This document shows, one piece after another, positions 1 to 9,028 of a stretch of 64,000 nucleotides of DNA (position 1 is its first letter; each line of letters opens with the position of its first letter). Source of the stretch: Promethearchaeota archaeon (GTDB taxonomy: Archaea; Asgardarchaeota; Lokiarchaeia; Sigyniarchaeales; SOKP01); the NCBI GenBank assembly GCA_019058295.1, contig JAHPZI010000006.1:64001-128000 (forward strand). The letters run 5' to 3'. The notes beneath the pieces were generated by a model, which had not been told where the DNA came from, did not search any database, and saw nothing but the letters and a program-made list of their open reading frames with translations. The translations under genes and the position numbers were made by a program.

Positions 1-946
1 TTATTGGGATAATTATAGGAAAAGCTATAAAAAAAGGACGGGAATAATCTAATGCAAAAAGACCCTGTAGAAATATAAATGGTAGAAGGATTAATGATCT
101 CTTTAGAAAAGGATTTTCGATTTTTTTTGAATATAAATATAAAAAACTAATCAGCCATAAGACTCCAAATGTTATATAGAACATATATGGATGAAAGAAA
201 ATATTTATTTTGATCATGTTTAAATGCCATTGTAGAGTAATTATGATTGTAATATATGAATAATAGACAGCAATAAAATGCATAATATAACGAATTATTA
301 GGAATACACTTATAGGAGGTATTGATATTAACAATGTAGATAGAATACTTGACCTTAGATCTTTTTCTTTAAGTTCCAAGTAAAAGAATAAAACTAAAGT
401 AATTAAAAGAATTTCCTTATTTATCGTTCCAATAGTTACACTAATAAGAAACAGTTTTTTATTTGAATCTACTAACGCATATAAAGCTAATAAAAAGAAG
501 AAGAAGGTTAAGAATTCAACAAAACAGATATTTTGGAGAAGGTAAATATTTATTGGACTTATAATAAATAAAAAAACACCACTCAAACTAATTGTAAAGC
601 TAAATCCGATTTTTCTAAGAAAATAATAAAATAAAAGGGATGTAGCGTAAAATCCAGTTAAATTTACAATTATAAATCCTATAAGTGTTTTAACTGGTAG
701 AATTGACACTAAAAAGGGCGTTAGTATTCTATACCTGAAAGGGATCCCTCCTTGCATAAGATTAATTTCTGCCATAAGATAATATTTATGCCCATCGTTT
801 ATGGGAACTACCGATAAGAATGGATCTATAAAAATTACGCCAATCACTATTATAGATAGAATTGTTAGGAAACATATTAAATTAAGTATAAAGAATTGAA
901 ATCTCGGCGAATCCTTGTTTATATTCATTGATCTAATACGTTTCAT
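1..946 (-). CDS. Multi-pass membrane protein, GT-C glycosyltransferase-like; 3' end runs off the window
   Basis: Manual translation from ATG at 946 (MKRIRSMNINKD...PFRYRILTPFLVSILP...NKEILL...DYSRPFFIAFPIIIPI) stays open to base 1 and has many hydrophobic segments. Not in the ORF track because there is no stop in the window. Confidence 0.65.
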   Translation of the reverse strand, partial: MKRIRSMNINKDSPRFQFFILNLICFLTILSIIVIGVIFIDPFLSVVPINDGHKYYLMAEINLMQGGIPFRYRILTPFLVSILPVKTLIGFIIVNLTGFYATSLLFYYFLRKIGFSFTISLSGVFLFIISPINIYLLQNICFVEFLTFFFFLLALYALVDSNKKLFLISVTIGTINKEILLITLVLFFYLELKEKDLRSSILSTLLISIPPISVFLIIRYIMHFIAVYYSYITIIITLQWHLNMIKINIFFHPYMFYITFGVLWLISFLYLYSKKIENPFLKRSLILLPFIFLQGLFALDYSRPFFIAFPIIIPI

Positions 947-1887
947 AAAAATTCTAAAATTTGGTTATGTTTAATAATTATAGATTTTTAAAAAAATAAA
1001 TTTTTTTAAAACGATATTATATGTTCGGTATAATCCCTTTTATTGATAACGTTGCTGAAAAGAGCTCCAAATATTTTTCTTAACGTCATTAACTGATTTA
1101 TTTCGATAAAAAGATATTTAAGAGCAATCTTTATTAAAAAAGGGATTTATTGAATAAATAATTATCTTTAGTGAATTATAATATATGTTTTGGCTATATT
1201 TATATTAGCTATTAAAACGGATATGTTACTTTTCCTTTTTTTGTCTCTAAATTTGATAAAAAAGCTCTAGAGATTCTGTTTGGAAAAATATGTCATCAAA
1301 AAATCTATTGGGTTTTTTTAATATATCTATTAATCTCAATTTTTAATAATTATTATCAATCTGGGTAATAAAATAAGGAAAAAAAGATATCTTTAAGGTA
1401 AAAAATGGGAATGAATCCCCATTATTAAGGAGTTGATATGTTTTATTAATCACTTATTAAACATAGCATATTAATCTGCAAATATTGTTGTCTCGTTAAT
1501 AAAATTCTTTAAATAATGATTTTTCTTATAGCTTAATCTTTAGAAGATATTTTATGAAAATACTAAATTATTTGCGGATTCGGTTCATTCGTAATTAATT
1601 TAAGAGATTTTATAGAATTGGTTAAAAATACTATCGCCGACGAATATACGAAAACCCTTCTATTTCGTTTTTTTCAACTAATTTTTACTGATGCCGTAGT
1701 TCAATTGTTGGAATTAATTTTAATGATTATATTATTTTAAGAATATAAAAATATTCAAAAATCGAAAATAGCTTTCATTTTTTATAATATTCTTTAAAAT
1801 TTTGATAAAAAACTTTTTCAGAAAGAACTAGAATTTCATTGATTCATATCTCAATAGTAGAAAAAGGATATTTAAATAGAGCCTATT

Positions 1888-2418
1888 TTAAGTTAGCTCC
1901 AATTTATCCATCATCATCTGAGAGATTTTAATAAATATCTCCTCAACATTTTCACCAGTTTTAGAAGAGCATTCAATAATATCGTCGATATTATTTTTTC
2001 TTGCCAATTCAATAGCTAATTCAGTGGAAACCGTCCTCTTTAAATTAAGATCTAATTTTCCTCCTACCATTATCAATGGAATATCTATCTCTTTTTTATC
2101 AAAACCTTCTTTAAAAACATTTAACCATTCATAAATATTTAAGATGCTAGAGTGGCGTGTAATGTCGTACATAAAGATTCCCCCTGAAGCTCCCTTTGCA
2201 TAACTGGGTAAAAGAAATCTGAATTTATCTTCTCCAGCAAAATCCCATATTTGTAAAGTAATTTGTTTTTGAGCATGGTTTAATTTTTTCATATAAAAGT
2301 CAGCGCCAATTGTAACCTTATACTCGCTTTTAAATAGTCCTGTAAGATACCGATTGACCAAAGTAGTCTTCCCTACACCTCCGTTCCCGAAAACACATAC
2401 TTTATACTTTAATGACAT
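1888..2418 (-). CDS. Rab-like small GTPase
   Basis: G1 GNGGVGKT, G2 TIGADF, G3 WDFAGE, G4 GKLD, G5 CSSK. Confidence 0.92.
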   Translation of the reverse strand: MSLKYKVCVFGNGGVGKTTLVNRYLTGLFKSEYKVTIGADFYMKKLNHAQKQITLQIWDFAGEDKFRFLLPSYAKGASGGIFMYDITRHSSILNIYEWLNVFKEGFDKKEIDIPLIMVGGKLDLNLKRTVSTELAIELARKNNIDDIIECSSKTGENVEEIFIKISQMMMDKLELT

Positions 2419-2526
2419 AGTTTTAATTTAATTCAAATCTTAAAAAAAAACTTTTTAATCAAAATTTCTGTTAATTTCTTTAGAGTAAAATAATCCTATT
2501 TTTTATTAGAAGTTAAATGAATTTAA

Positions 2527-3060
2527 TTAAATTAACCCTGCTATTTCTACCAATTTTCGAGCTATTTTATAGAAAATTAATTCTACATTTACGCCTGTTT
2601 TTGCTGAACATTCAATATAATCGTGAAGCTCGTATTCTTTTGCTAGGAGAACCGCATCACTGCTAATAACAGATCGTCTATCGTGGAGGTCTAACTTACC
2701 ACCAACCAGGGTAATAGGAATTTCATGATCACTGTCCTTAGTACCTTCATAAAAACCTTCAAGCCATTTAGGTAAGTTTCTTAAACTAGAAACCCTTGTT
2801 ATATCGAACATAAAAATACCACATGAGGCTCCTTTTACATAACTTGGTAAAAGGAAACGAAATCTGTCTTCACCAGCAAAATCCCAGATTTGGAGTGCTA
2901 CTTTTTTACCCTCTATTTCTAAAGTTTTAAGTAAAAAATCAACTCCTATCGTCATTGTTGTATTACTTTTAAAGATTCCCGTTAAGTATCTATTGACTAA
3001 ACATGTTTTTCCTACTCCACCATCACCGAAAATGCATACTTTAAACATTGCGTCTTGCAA
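2527..3060 (-). CDS. Rab-like small GTPase, tandem paralog, TTG start
   Basis: G1 GDGGVGKT, TIGVDF, WDFAGE, GKLD, CSAK; clearly similar to 1888..2418. Confidence 0.92.
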   Translation of the reverse strand: MQDAMFKVCIFGDGGVGKTCLVNRYLTGIFKSNTTMTIGVDFLLKTLEIEGKKVALQIWDFAGEDRFRFLLPSYVKGASCGIFMFDITRVSSLRNLPKWLEGFYEGTKDSDHEIPITLVGGKLDLHDRRSVISSDAVLLAKEYELHDYIECSAKTGVNVELIFYKIARKLVEIAGLI

Positions 3061-3213
3061 AAGATTCTCCCGTAAATCTTATCTTATTTAAATAAATTAT
3101 TAATATACAATTTGTATTGTTCTTTTTTAAAGTTTTATTAAAAAAAACATTGATTTTCATTTATACCTTAAAATAATAATTAAAATAAAACTAAAATATT
3201 TAATCGTTTTTAT

Positions 3214-4638
3214 TTAAATTTCCTTATTTTTATAGAAATCAGAGTAGAATTTTAAGAAATAATAATTTGACAACCTTGTATTTATAATTGAATCTATTTG
3301 AATAAATTCATTAGGAGCGTGAGCGAATCCACCAACGCCCAGACCTCCACTGATAAAATTTAACCCCAACATTTTTTTTATTTCGCTTAGTGGAGCAGCA
3401 GCTGCGCTTATTGGCCATAATTCAGTAGAAACTCCTAAAAAATCTGCACTTTTTATCAGACTTTTAACTAACGCAACATCTTTTTTGACTCTACATCCTT
3501 CATACCCCGCATTCCTAATTAATTCAATTTTGGATTTAGTACCTTTAGAGAAATTTTCAATTTTTTCTTTAATTTCTTTGAAAATTTGTTCTACAGAAAT
3601 ATTATGTGCAAATCTAATGTCTATTTTGCAGATTGCTTCATTTGGGACATAATTTTTCGTTCCTTGTTCTAAATAGCCGGATTTTAATGTGGAAATATTA
3701 AAGGTTGGATTAAATAAGTAATTGGTAAATGTCAATTTAGGATCGATTTCAATTGTTTGCACTATTCCGGCTTTCTTTATTATTTTATTTATATTGAATT
3801 TTTTGATTAAATCGTCGATTAGCGTTTGTTCTTCTTCTGAAAGCACGTAAGGTTCTTTCAAGCAGTCAATGTGAAACTCATTACTAGAATAGATGGTATT
3901 AATTAAAGAGATCAAATCAGACGCAGGATTTGGGATCAATGCACTAAATGCTGAGTGTGGCTCTTTATTTTCTGATGAAACTTTTATGGTTAAAGATATA
4001 ATTCCCTTATAACCTAACTTTAAAACTGAAATTCCGTTAAGATCTTGCTTTGTTGATGGATAATAGGCGCCAATACAATTTTCAAAAATCTTATTGTTAA
4101 TTACATTTTCAAGATATTTCAATAAAGTTGGCGAACCTTTCTCCTCTTCACTGTCGAATAAAAGTACCAATGATATCGGTAATTCATTCTTCTCTTTCAA
4201 TAATTTTATAACGTTTAAGAAGCATAATAAAGGGGTTTTTGAATTATAAGCACCTCTAGCGATTATACATTTACCTAAAGTATTTAAGGGTGGGGAAAGA
4301 ATTCTTATTTCTGCACCAAAAGGGTCACATATCCATTGTTCTTTTTTATTTATTGGTTGAGTGTCGTACATCATATAAATAAGCAATTTTTTTTTTAATT
4401 TACCTTCAACTTTAGCAATAATTAAAGGATTAATTTCACCAGGACATTCAATGATCTCCTCAGAAAAGCTTGAAATATAAGAGATTAAAAATTTTTTTGC
4501 TTTTTTAATGCCTTTTTCATTTAGAGTATTACTAGGGATCTTCAAAAAGGGAATTAATTCACTTTTAATAAATTCATCATTGCTTATCTTTAATAGATCT
4601 TCTATTATTGGGATTTCATTCTCATTCTCATTTTTCAT
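3214..4638 (-). CDS. M20/M25/M40 family metallo-hydrolase (ArgE/DapE/dipeptidase-like)
   Basis: YDTQP, ARGAYNSK, DSEEEKGS, FAHAPNE motifs; some metal ligands look substituted. Confidence 0.85.
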   Translation of the reverse strand: MKNENENEIPIIEDLLKISNDEFIKSELIPFLKIPSNTLNEKGIKKAKKFLISYISSFSEEIIECPGEINPLIIAKVEGKLKKKLLIYMMYDTQPINKKEQWICDPFGAEIRILSPPLNTLGKCIIARGAYNSKTPLLCFLNVIKLLKEKNELPISLVLLFDSEEEKGSPTLLKYLENVINNKIFENCIGAYYPSTKQDLNGISVLKLGYKGIISLTIKVSSENKEPHSAFSALIPNPASDLISLINTIYSSNEFHIDCLKEPYVLSEEEQTLIDDLIKKFNINKIIKKAGIVQTIEIDPKLTFTNYLFNPTFNISTLKSGYLEQGTKNYVPNEAICKIDIRFAHNISVEQIFKEIKEKIENFSKGTKSKIELIRNAGYEGCRVKKDVALVKSLIKSADFLGVSTELWPISAAAAPLSEIKKMLGLNFISGGLGVGGFAHAPNEFIQIDSIINTRLSNYYFLKFYSDFYKNKEI

Positions 4639-4705
4639 ATATAATAAAATAGTTAAATTAATAATTAATTTAATTAATCATTGGAATTTGAAGCAATCAA
4701 TTATA

Positions 4706-5092
4706 ATGAGTAAAGACATATCGTCATATTCTATGAACTTTGAAGCTATAAACTTAATATTAGATGAAATGAAAGAATTAGGCACGTTTAAAGGAATTTT
4801 ATTTTCTAAGCGTGATGGAGGATTAATTGCTGAAAATATTGGTAAAGATATTGACTATAATGAGTTTGCGGCGATGTGTGCTTCTGTTTTTGAAAGTGCT
4901 GAAGGATTAGGAAAGACCTTTGGAGTTAATAAAATTGGCAAGATTATTGCCGAATTAGGTGATCAAACAATAATAATTGTTGAATGCTCCAATAAGACTT
5001 TTTTAACATTCATAATTGGGAAAGAATCCAATGTTGATCTTGTATTTGATAATTGGGCTAAATATAATCAGAAAATAATAAACGCATATTAA
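4706..5092 (+). CDS. Roadblock/LC7 domain protein
   Basis: GILFSKRDGGLIAE...FAAMCASVF pattern. Start placed at ATG 4706 because the 4508 extension overlaps the opposite-strand M20 gene. Confidence 0.85.
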   Translation: MSKDISSYSMNFEAINLILDEMKELGTFKGILFSKRDGGLIAENIGKDIDYNEFAAMCASVFESAEGLGKTFGVNKIGKIIAELGDQTIIIVECSNKTFLTFIIGKESNVDLVFDNWAKYNQKIINAY

Positions 5093-5152
5093 ATTCAAAT
5101 TGAATTAAATCCTATAAGAAGTAATGTATACGAGCTTACCTGACATTAAACA

Positions 5153-5752
5153 ATGAAAGTAAAAATTATTGCCTATTCGGATAATATTTGTCCATTCTGT
5201 TATATTGGAGCAAAACGTTTTGAAAAACTCAAGCAAGAAGTTGATTTTGATATTGAATGGAGGGGATTTGAAATTCATCCTGAAGTTCCCAAAGAAGGAA
5301 TATCACTCAATATTATTTTCAAATCTCTTTATTTGAGTAAAGGTATTGAGTATATAGAGAACTTAGGCAAAGATGTAGGGTTAATAATTAGGTGCACTAT
5401 GCTTTATAATTCACATTTAAGTTTAAAGGCGAACGAATTTGCTAAAAAAAAAGGGATCTTTAAAGAATTTCATTTAGCAATTTTTAAGGCATATTTTGAA
5501 GAAAATAAAAATATCGGAAAGGTTAATGTGATACTTGATATCGCTGAGAGTGTAGGTTTAAATAATCAAAAGTTAGAGGAATATCTACAAAGTGATGAAG
5601 CTGAAAATATTCTAAAAGAAAACTCAAATTTTGCATTTAAGCATGGAATAACTGGAGTGCCTACATTTATCATTGGAAATTCAATTATTGTGGGAGCGCA
5701 GCCGTATGATTTCCTTAAAAAAGCAATCTTAAAAGAACAAATTATGGATTGA
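5153..5752 (+). CDS. DsbA/FrnE family thiol oxidoreductase
   Basis: SDNICPFCYIG active site, GITGVPTF, GAQP. Confidence 0.9.
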   Translation: MKVKIIAYSDNICPFCYIGAKRFEKLKQEVDFDIEWRGFEIHPEVPKEGISLNIIFKSLYLSKGIEYIENLGKDVGLIIRCTMLYNSHLSLKANEFAKKKGIFKEFHLAIFKAYFEENKNIGKVNVILDIAESVGLNNQKLEEYLQSDEAENILKENSNFAFKHGITGVPTFIIGNSIIVGAQPYDFLKKAILKEQIMD

Positions 5753-5824
5753 TAAACATTTTATAAAACTAAATATTAGGAAAAAAATTTTATTTTCTTT
5801 TTTAATTATGAAATTTGTTAATCA

Positions 5825-6619
5825 ATGAAGTTCAAATACACAGATTATCATGTTCATACACGTTGGAGCCACGATATTAAAGAGTTCGGCCCAGCTTTCG
5901 AAGAATACATAAAAGTGGCAGAAAAAAATAAAATTAATATCTGTTTTTTAGACCACTATGAACTTCATTATATTGAAAATGATAAAAATTATCCATTTTA
6001 CGGAGATGGCAAAATAAATCAATATCTTGAAAAAGTAGATAAACTTAAGGAAAATTTTGAATTTGTTTTTAGCGGTCTTGAAGTGGATTATTATATTGAC
6101 AGGGAAATGGAATTATGGGAATTTATGGATGATTATAGGAAACAAATAGATTTCATTGCAGGAACATTACACGAGACGGAAGTTGGATATCCAGTAACCA
6201 CAAGAGAAAAACTATTAGAGCTGTTAAGAAAAAAAAAAATAAAAGATATTGTGGATGAATATTTTGAATTAATGGAGCGATTAATAAATTCAAAAATTTT
6301 TAAAAATATTTGCCATCTTGATACCATTTTTAGATATTTAAATCCAAAAGATTTTAAACCGACTTTAGATTGTGATATATCGGATGAGAGAGTTTTAAAT
6401 CTTGGTAGACTCTGTATTGAAAATAGAATTAGCATAGAATATAATCTCTCTGGAATAAAATATCCTATAGCACGTTCATTTCCCTCAAAACCTGTCATAA
6501 AACAATTAAATAAGGAAGGCGCTCGTATTTTTGTTGGCTCAGATTCCCATTCGGTTAATTATTTTCGAACTAGAATTCAGAAAGTTAAAAAAGCTTATAA
6601 ATTTTTAAAGAAAAATTAA
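5825..6619 (+). CDS. PHP domain phosphoesterase (histidinol-phosphatase HisJ-like)
   Basis: DYHVHT, LDH, GLEVD, CHLD, GSDSH motifs. Confidence 0.85.
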   Translation: MKFKYTDYHVHTRWSHDIKEFGPAFEEYIKVAEKNKINICFLDHYELHYIENDKNYPFYGDGKINQYLEKVDKLKENFEFVFSGLEVDYYIDREMELWEFMDDYRKQIDFIAGTLHETEVGYPVTTREKLLELLRKKKIKDIVDEYFELMERLINSKIFKNICHLDTIFRYLNPKDFKPTLDCDISDERVLNLGRLCIENRISIEYNLSGIKYPIARSFPSKPVIKQLNKEGARIFVGSDSHSVNYFRTRIQKVKKAYKFLKKN

Positions 6620-6634
6620 AAATTTCTTCAATAA

Positions 6635-7930
6635 TTAAAGATCTAATTTATGCTTTTTCTTAAATAAGTCTTTTAATTCGCCTAGAATAGAGGATCTTGA
6701 ATTAGGTGTTGGAGGCTCAATATTAGATTCTTCGAGGTGAATAGGCTCTTCAGCTGGTATTTCAGCTGGTACTTCAGCTGGTACTTCAGCTGATACTTCA
6801 GCTGGTACTTCAGCTGGTACTTCAGCTGGTACTTCAGCTGGTACTTCAAGATACTCCCTTCCTTCAATTGCTTCAATTCTCTGTTCTATTGCTGATAATT
6901 GGGATGAGATAGATTCAGAAAGTTTTATAATAGCATTCATTAGGCCTTCCACAATTTCTCCTAATCCATCAATTCTTGTAATAGCAGGGTCGCTTACACT
7001 ATAATTTGATTTCATAACATCTTTAATATATTTGGAAAATTTTGGTTCATTAGATATTAAGGAGTATATCGAAGTTAAATAGGTTTCATAATCTAATTTA
7101 AGCTCTATACGGTCAAATAATTCTTTCAGATTATCTTTTAAAAATTCAACATTCAACTCTATTGTTGGTTCCCCTTTTAAATCCGGGTCGTATTTATGTA
7201 AGAAGATTAGCAAGTAAGGATTTTCTTCTAAATTACCAAGTATTTCAAGTATTTTTTCAAAATACTCAAATGAAGCTGCAAATCTCTCAGAATCTTGTAC
7301 ATCAATTACATATAATAGTAAATCAATCTGAAGGAAATATTGCTCAGGATATTTCAGATATTTACTTCTATATTCTTTCTGCCCTCCCAGATCCCAGACA
7401 AATAAATCGAGCCCTGAACCTTCTATTACTTTTCTTTTGACCCCCTTTGTGGGTTTTAAACCAACCAGATCATCTATTCCTAACTTACCACCAAATTTAG
7501 ATATTATTGCGGTTTTACCGGCATTGTCTAGACCTACAACGACAACCTTTTGTTGTGTTTTATCTCCACTAATCGCATCGTCTTTGATGCTTGAGATAAT
7601 AGAGCTAATAGTAATGGCTTTTTCCAATTTTTTTTCAAATTGAGGATATTTATTGTAGAGTGCTTTAATTTTTTCATCAAATTTTTCTCGTGTCTTTTTA
7701 CTTTTAAATTTAGAAGCTTCGACGATATTGGAGATTTCTAAAAATTCTTCTAAATAATTCGCCTCATCTTTGTCAATAAAATTAAATATTTCAAGGGGTA
7801 AATTCTTAATATCATCAATAGATTCTATTTTTATGGTTTCCTCTCCGCCTGAATATTCTAATTTTTTAACGAATTTAGGTTCCAAGAATTTTGCCAGTGC
7901 ATCAATTATATTTGAGAAACCTGATTCCAT
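6635..7930 (-). CDS. Arf/Rag-like small GTPase with N-terminal extension, coiled coil and EVPA repeat tail
   Basis: GLDNAGKT, PTKG, WDLGGQ, HKYD, TSI. Confidence 0.88.
   Translation of the reverse strand: MESGFSNIIDALAKFLEPKFVKKLEYSGGEETIKIESIDDIKNLPLEIFNFIDKDEANYLEEFLEISNIVEASKFKSKKTREKFDEKIKALYNKYPQFEKKLEKAITISSIISSIKDDAISGDKTQQKVVVVGLDNAGKTAIISKFGGKLGIDDLVGLKPTKGVKRKVIEGSGLDLFVWDLGGQKEYRSKYLKYPEQYFLQIDLLLYVIDVQDSERFAASFEYFEKILEILGNLEENPYLLIFLHKYDPDLKGEPTIELNVEFLKDNLKELFDRIELKLDYETYLTSIYSLISNEPKFSKYIKDVMKSNYSVSDPAITRIDGLGEIVEGLMNAIIKLSESISSQLSAIEQRIEAIEGREYLEVPAEVPAEVPAEVPAEVSAEVPAEVPAEIPAEEPIHLEESNIEPPTPNSRSSILGELKDLFKKKHKLDL
6749..6848. repeat. 12-bp tandem repeat (ttcagctggtac) x8 encoding EVPA units
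   Basis: Seen directly: 8 copies, two with single-base variants (EVSA, EIPA). Confidence 0.97.
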
Positions 7931-8122
7931 TACAATCTCTGTTATTAGTATTTTAATTATGTAATATTAATAGTTAGAATTAATTTTAAATTATGTATTA
8001 TAAATTATTTAATATCTAGATTTAATTAAGATTTATATAGTTGTTTTCTCTTTTTATATATACTAAGGATATATGAATTATCCAATTTATTTTTTGATTT
8101 AATCAATATAGAAGAAATATTT

Positions 8123-9028
8123 ATGCCTTCTGAATCCGATGATTTTAATGAAGATAAGGAAAACTGCTGTGATTCTCCTAAAATTAGCGAAGAGGATGGT
8201 TTTTATGTATGTTTAAACTGTGGATCTGTATTCTCTAGAATTCTCGATTCATCACCCAGAAGGGCATTTACAGCGGAAGAGATTCAAAAAAGAAAAAGTA
8301 CCGAACGTGTTTATAGCCCTATCGGCCCTCGTACAATTATTCGCGGTAGTCGTGATGCTCGAGGTACTTTGTTAAGCCCAAAATTTAAATCAAAATTTAA
8401 TAGATTAGCTAAAATCCATAGATCCTTAACAACCAGTTATGAAAGAAATTTATGGATAGCTTTACCAAATTTACAGCGTTTACAAAAAAGATTAGGTATT
8501 CCTGATATAGTTGCTGAGGATGCACTTCGAATATATACCCAAACCGTTAAAAAAAAGTTAACGATGGGACGAAGTATTGATACATTATTATCTGCATCTA
8601 TATTTTGTGCCTTAAGAATTCATGGTATTCCCAGAACTATAGAGGAAATAACTAAGATTGCTCAGATACCAAAGAAGAAAGTTATAAAAAGTTATAGATT
8701 AATTTTGATGGAGATTTTACCTCATTTAAATTTAAAAGTACAACATTTCACCTCAGACCGTTATGTAGATAAGTTTAATGATGAATTGGGATTGTCAATG
8801 CAAGTTAGAAATATTGCAGTTAAATTAATTAAAAGTGCGAAAGAAAATGGTTTTAACACTGCTGGTAAAGATCCAAAAGGAATTGCTGCTGCCGCTATCT
8901 ATCTCGGTTCTAAGATAGCAAATGAAAATCGCACTCAGAAAGAAATATCAAAACTCGCGATGGTTACAGAAGTAACACTTCGCATGAGAGTTAAGGACCT
9001 CCAAAAATACGCTAATATTATTCTATAA
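8123..9028 (+). CDS. tfb: Transcription initiation factor IIB (TFB) paralog
   Basis: N-terminal Zn ribbon (CC...CLNCG), two cyclin folds with GRSI, PRTIEEI, GKDPKGIAAAAIY, TQKEI..VTEVTLR. Confidence 0.93.
   Translation: MPSESDDFNEDKENCCDSPKISEEDGFYVCLNCGSVFSRILDSSPRRAFTAEEIQKRKSTERVYSPIGPRTIIRGSRDARGTLLSPKFKSKFNRLAKIHRSLTTSYERNLWIALPNLQRLQKRLGIPDIVAEDALRIYTQTVKKKLTMGRSIDTLLSASIFCALRIHGIPRTIEEITKIAQIPKKKVIKSYRLILMEILPHLNLKVQHFTSDRYVDKFNDELGLSMQVRNIAVKLIKSAKENGFNTAGKDPKGIAAAAIYLGSKIANENRTQKEISKLAMVTEVTLRMRVKDLQKYANIIL

Noticed and set aside
4508-4705. N-terminal extension of the Roadblock ORF
   Set aside because: It overlaps the start and promoter of the opposite-strand M20 gene; the domain begins after ATG 4706.
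6682-6876. ORF with KYQL repeats; possible CRISPR-like array
   Set aside because: It is an alternative frame of the 12-bp coding repeat inside the GTPase gene; there are no spacers.
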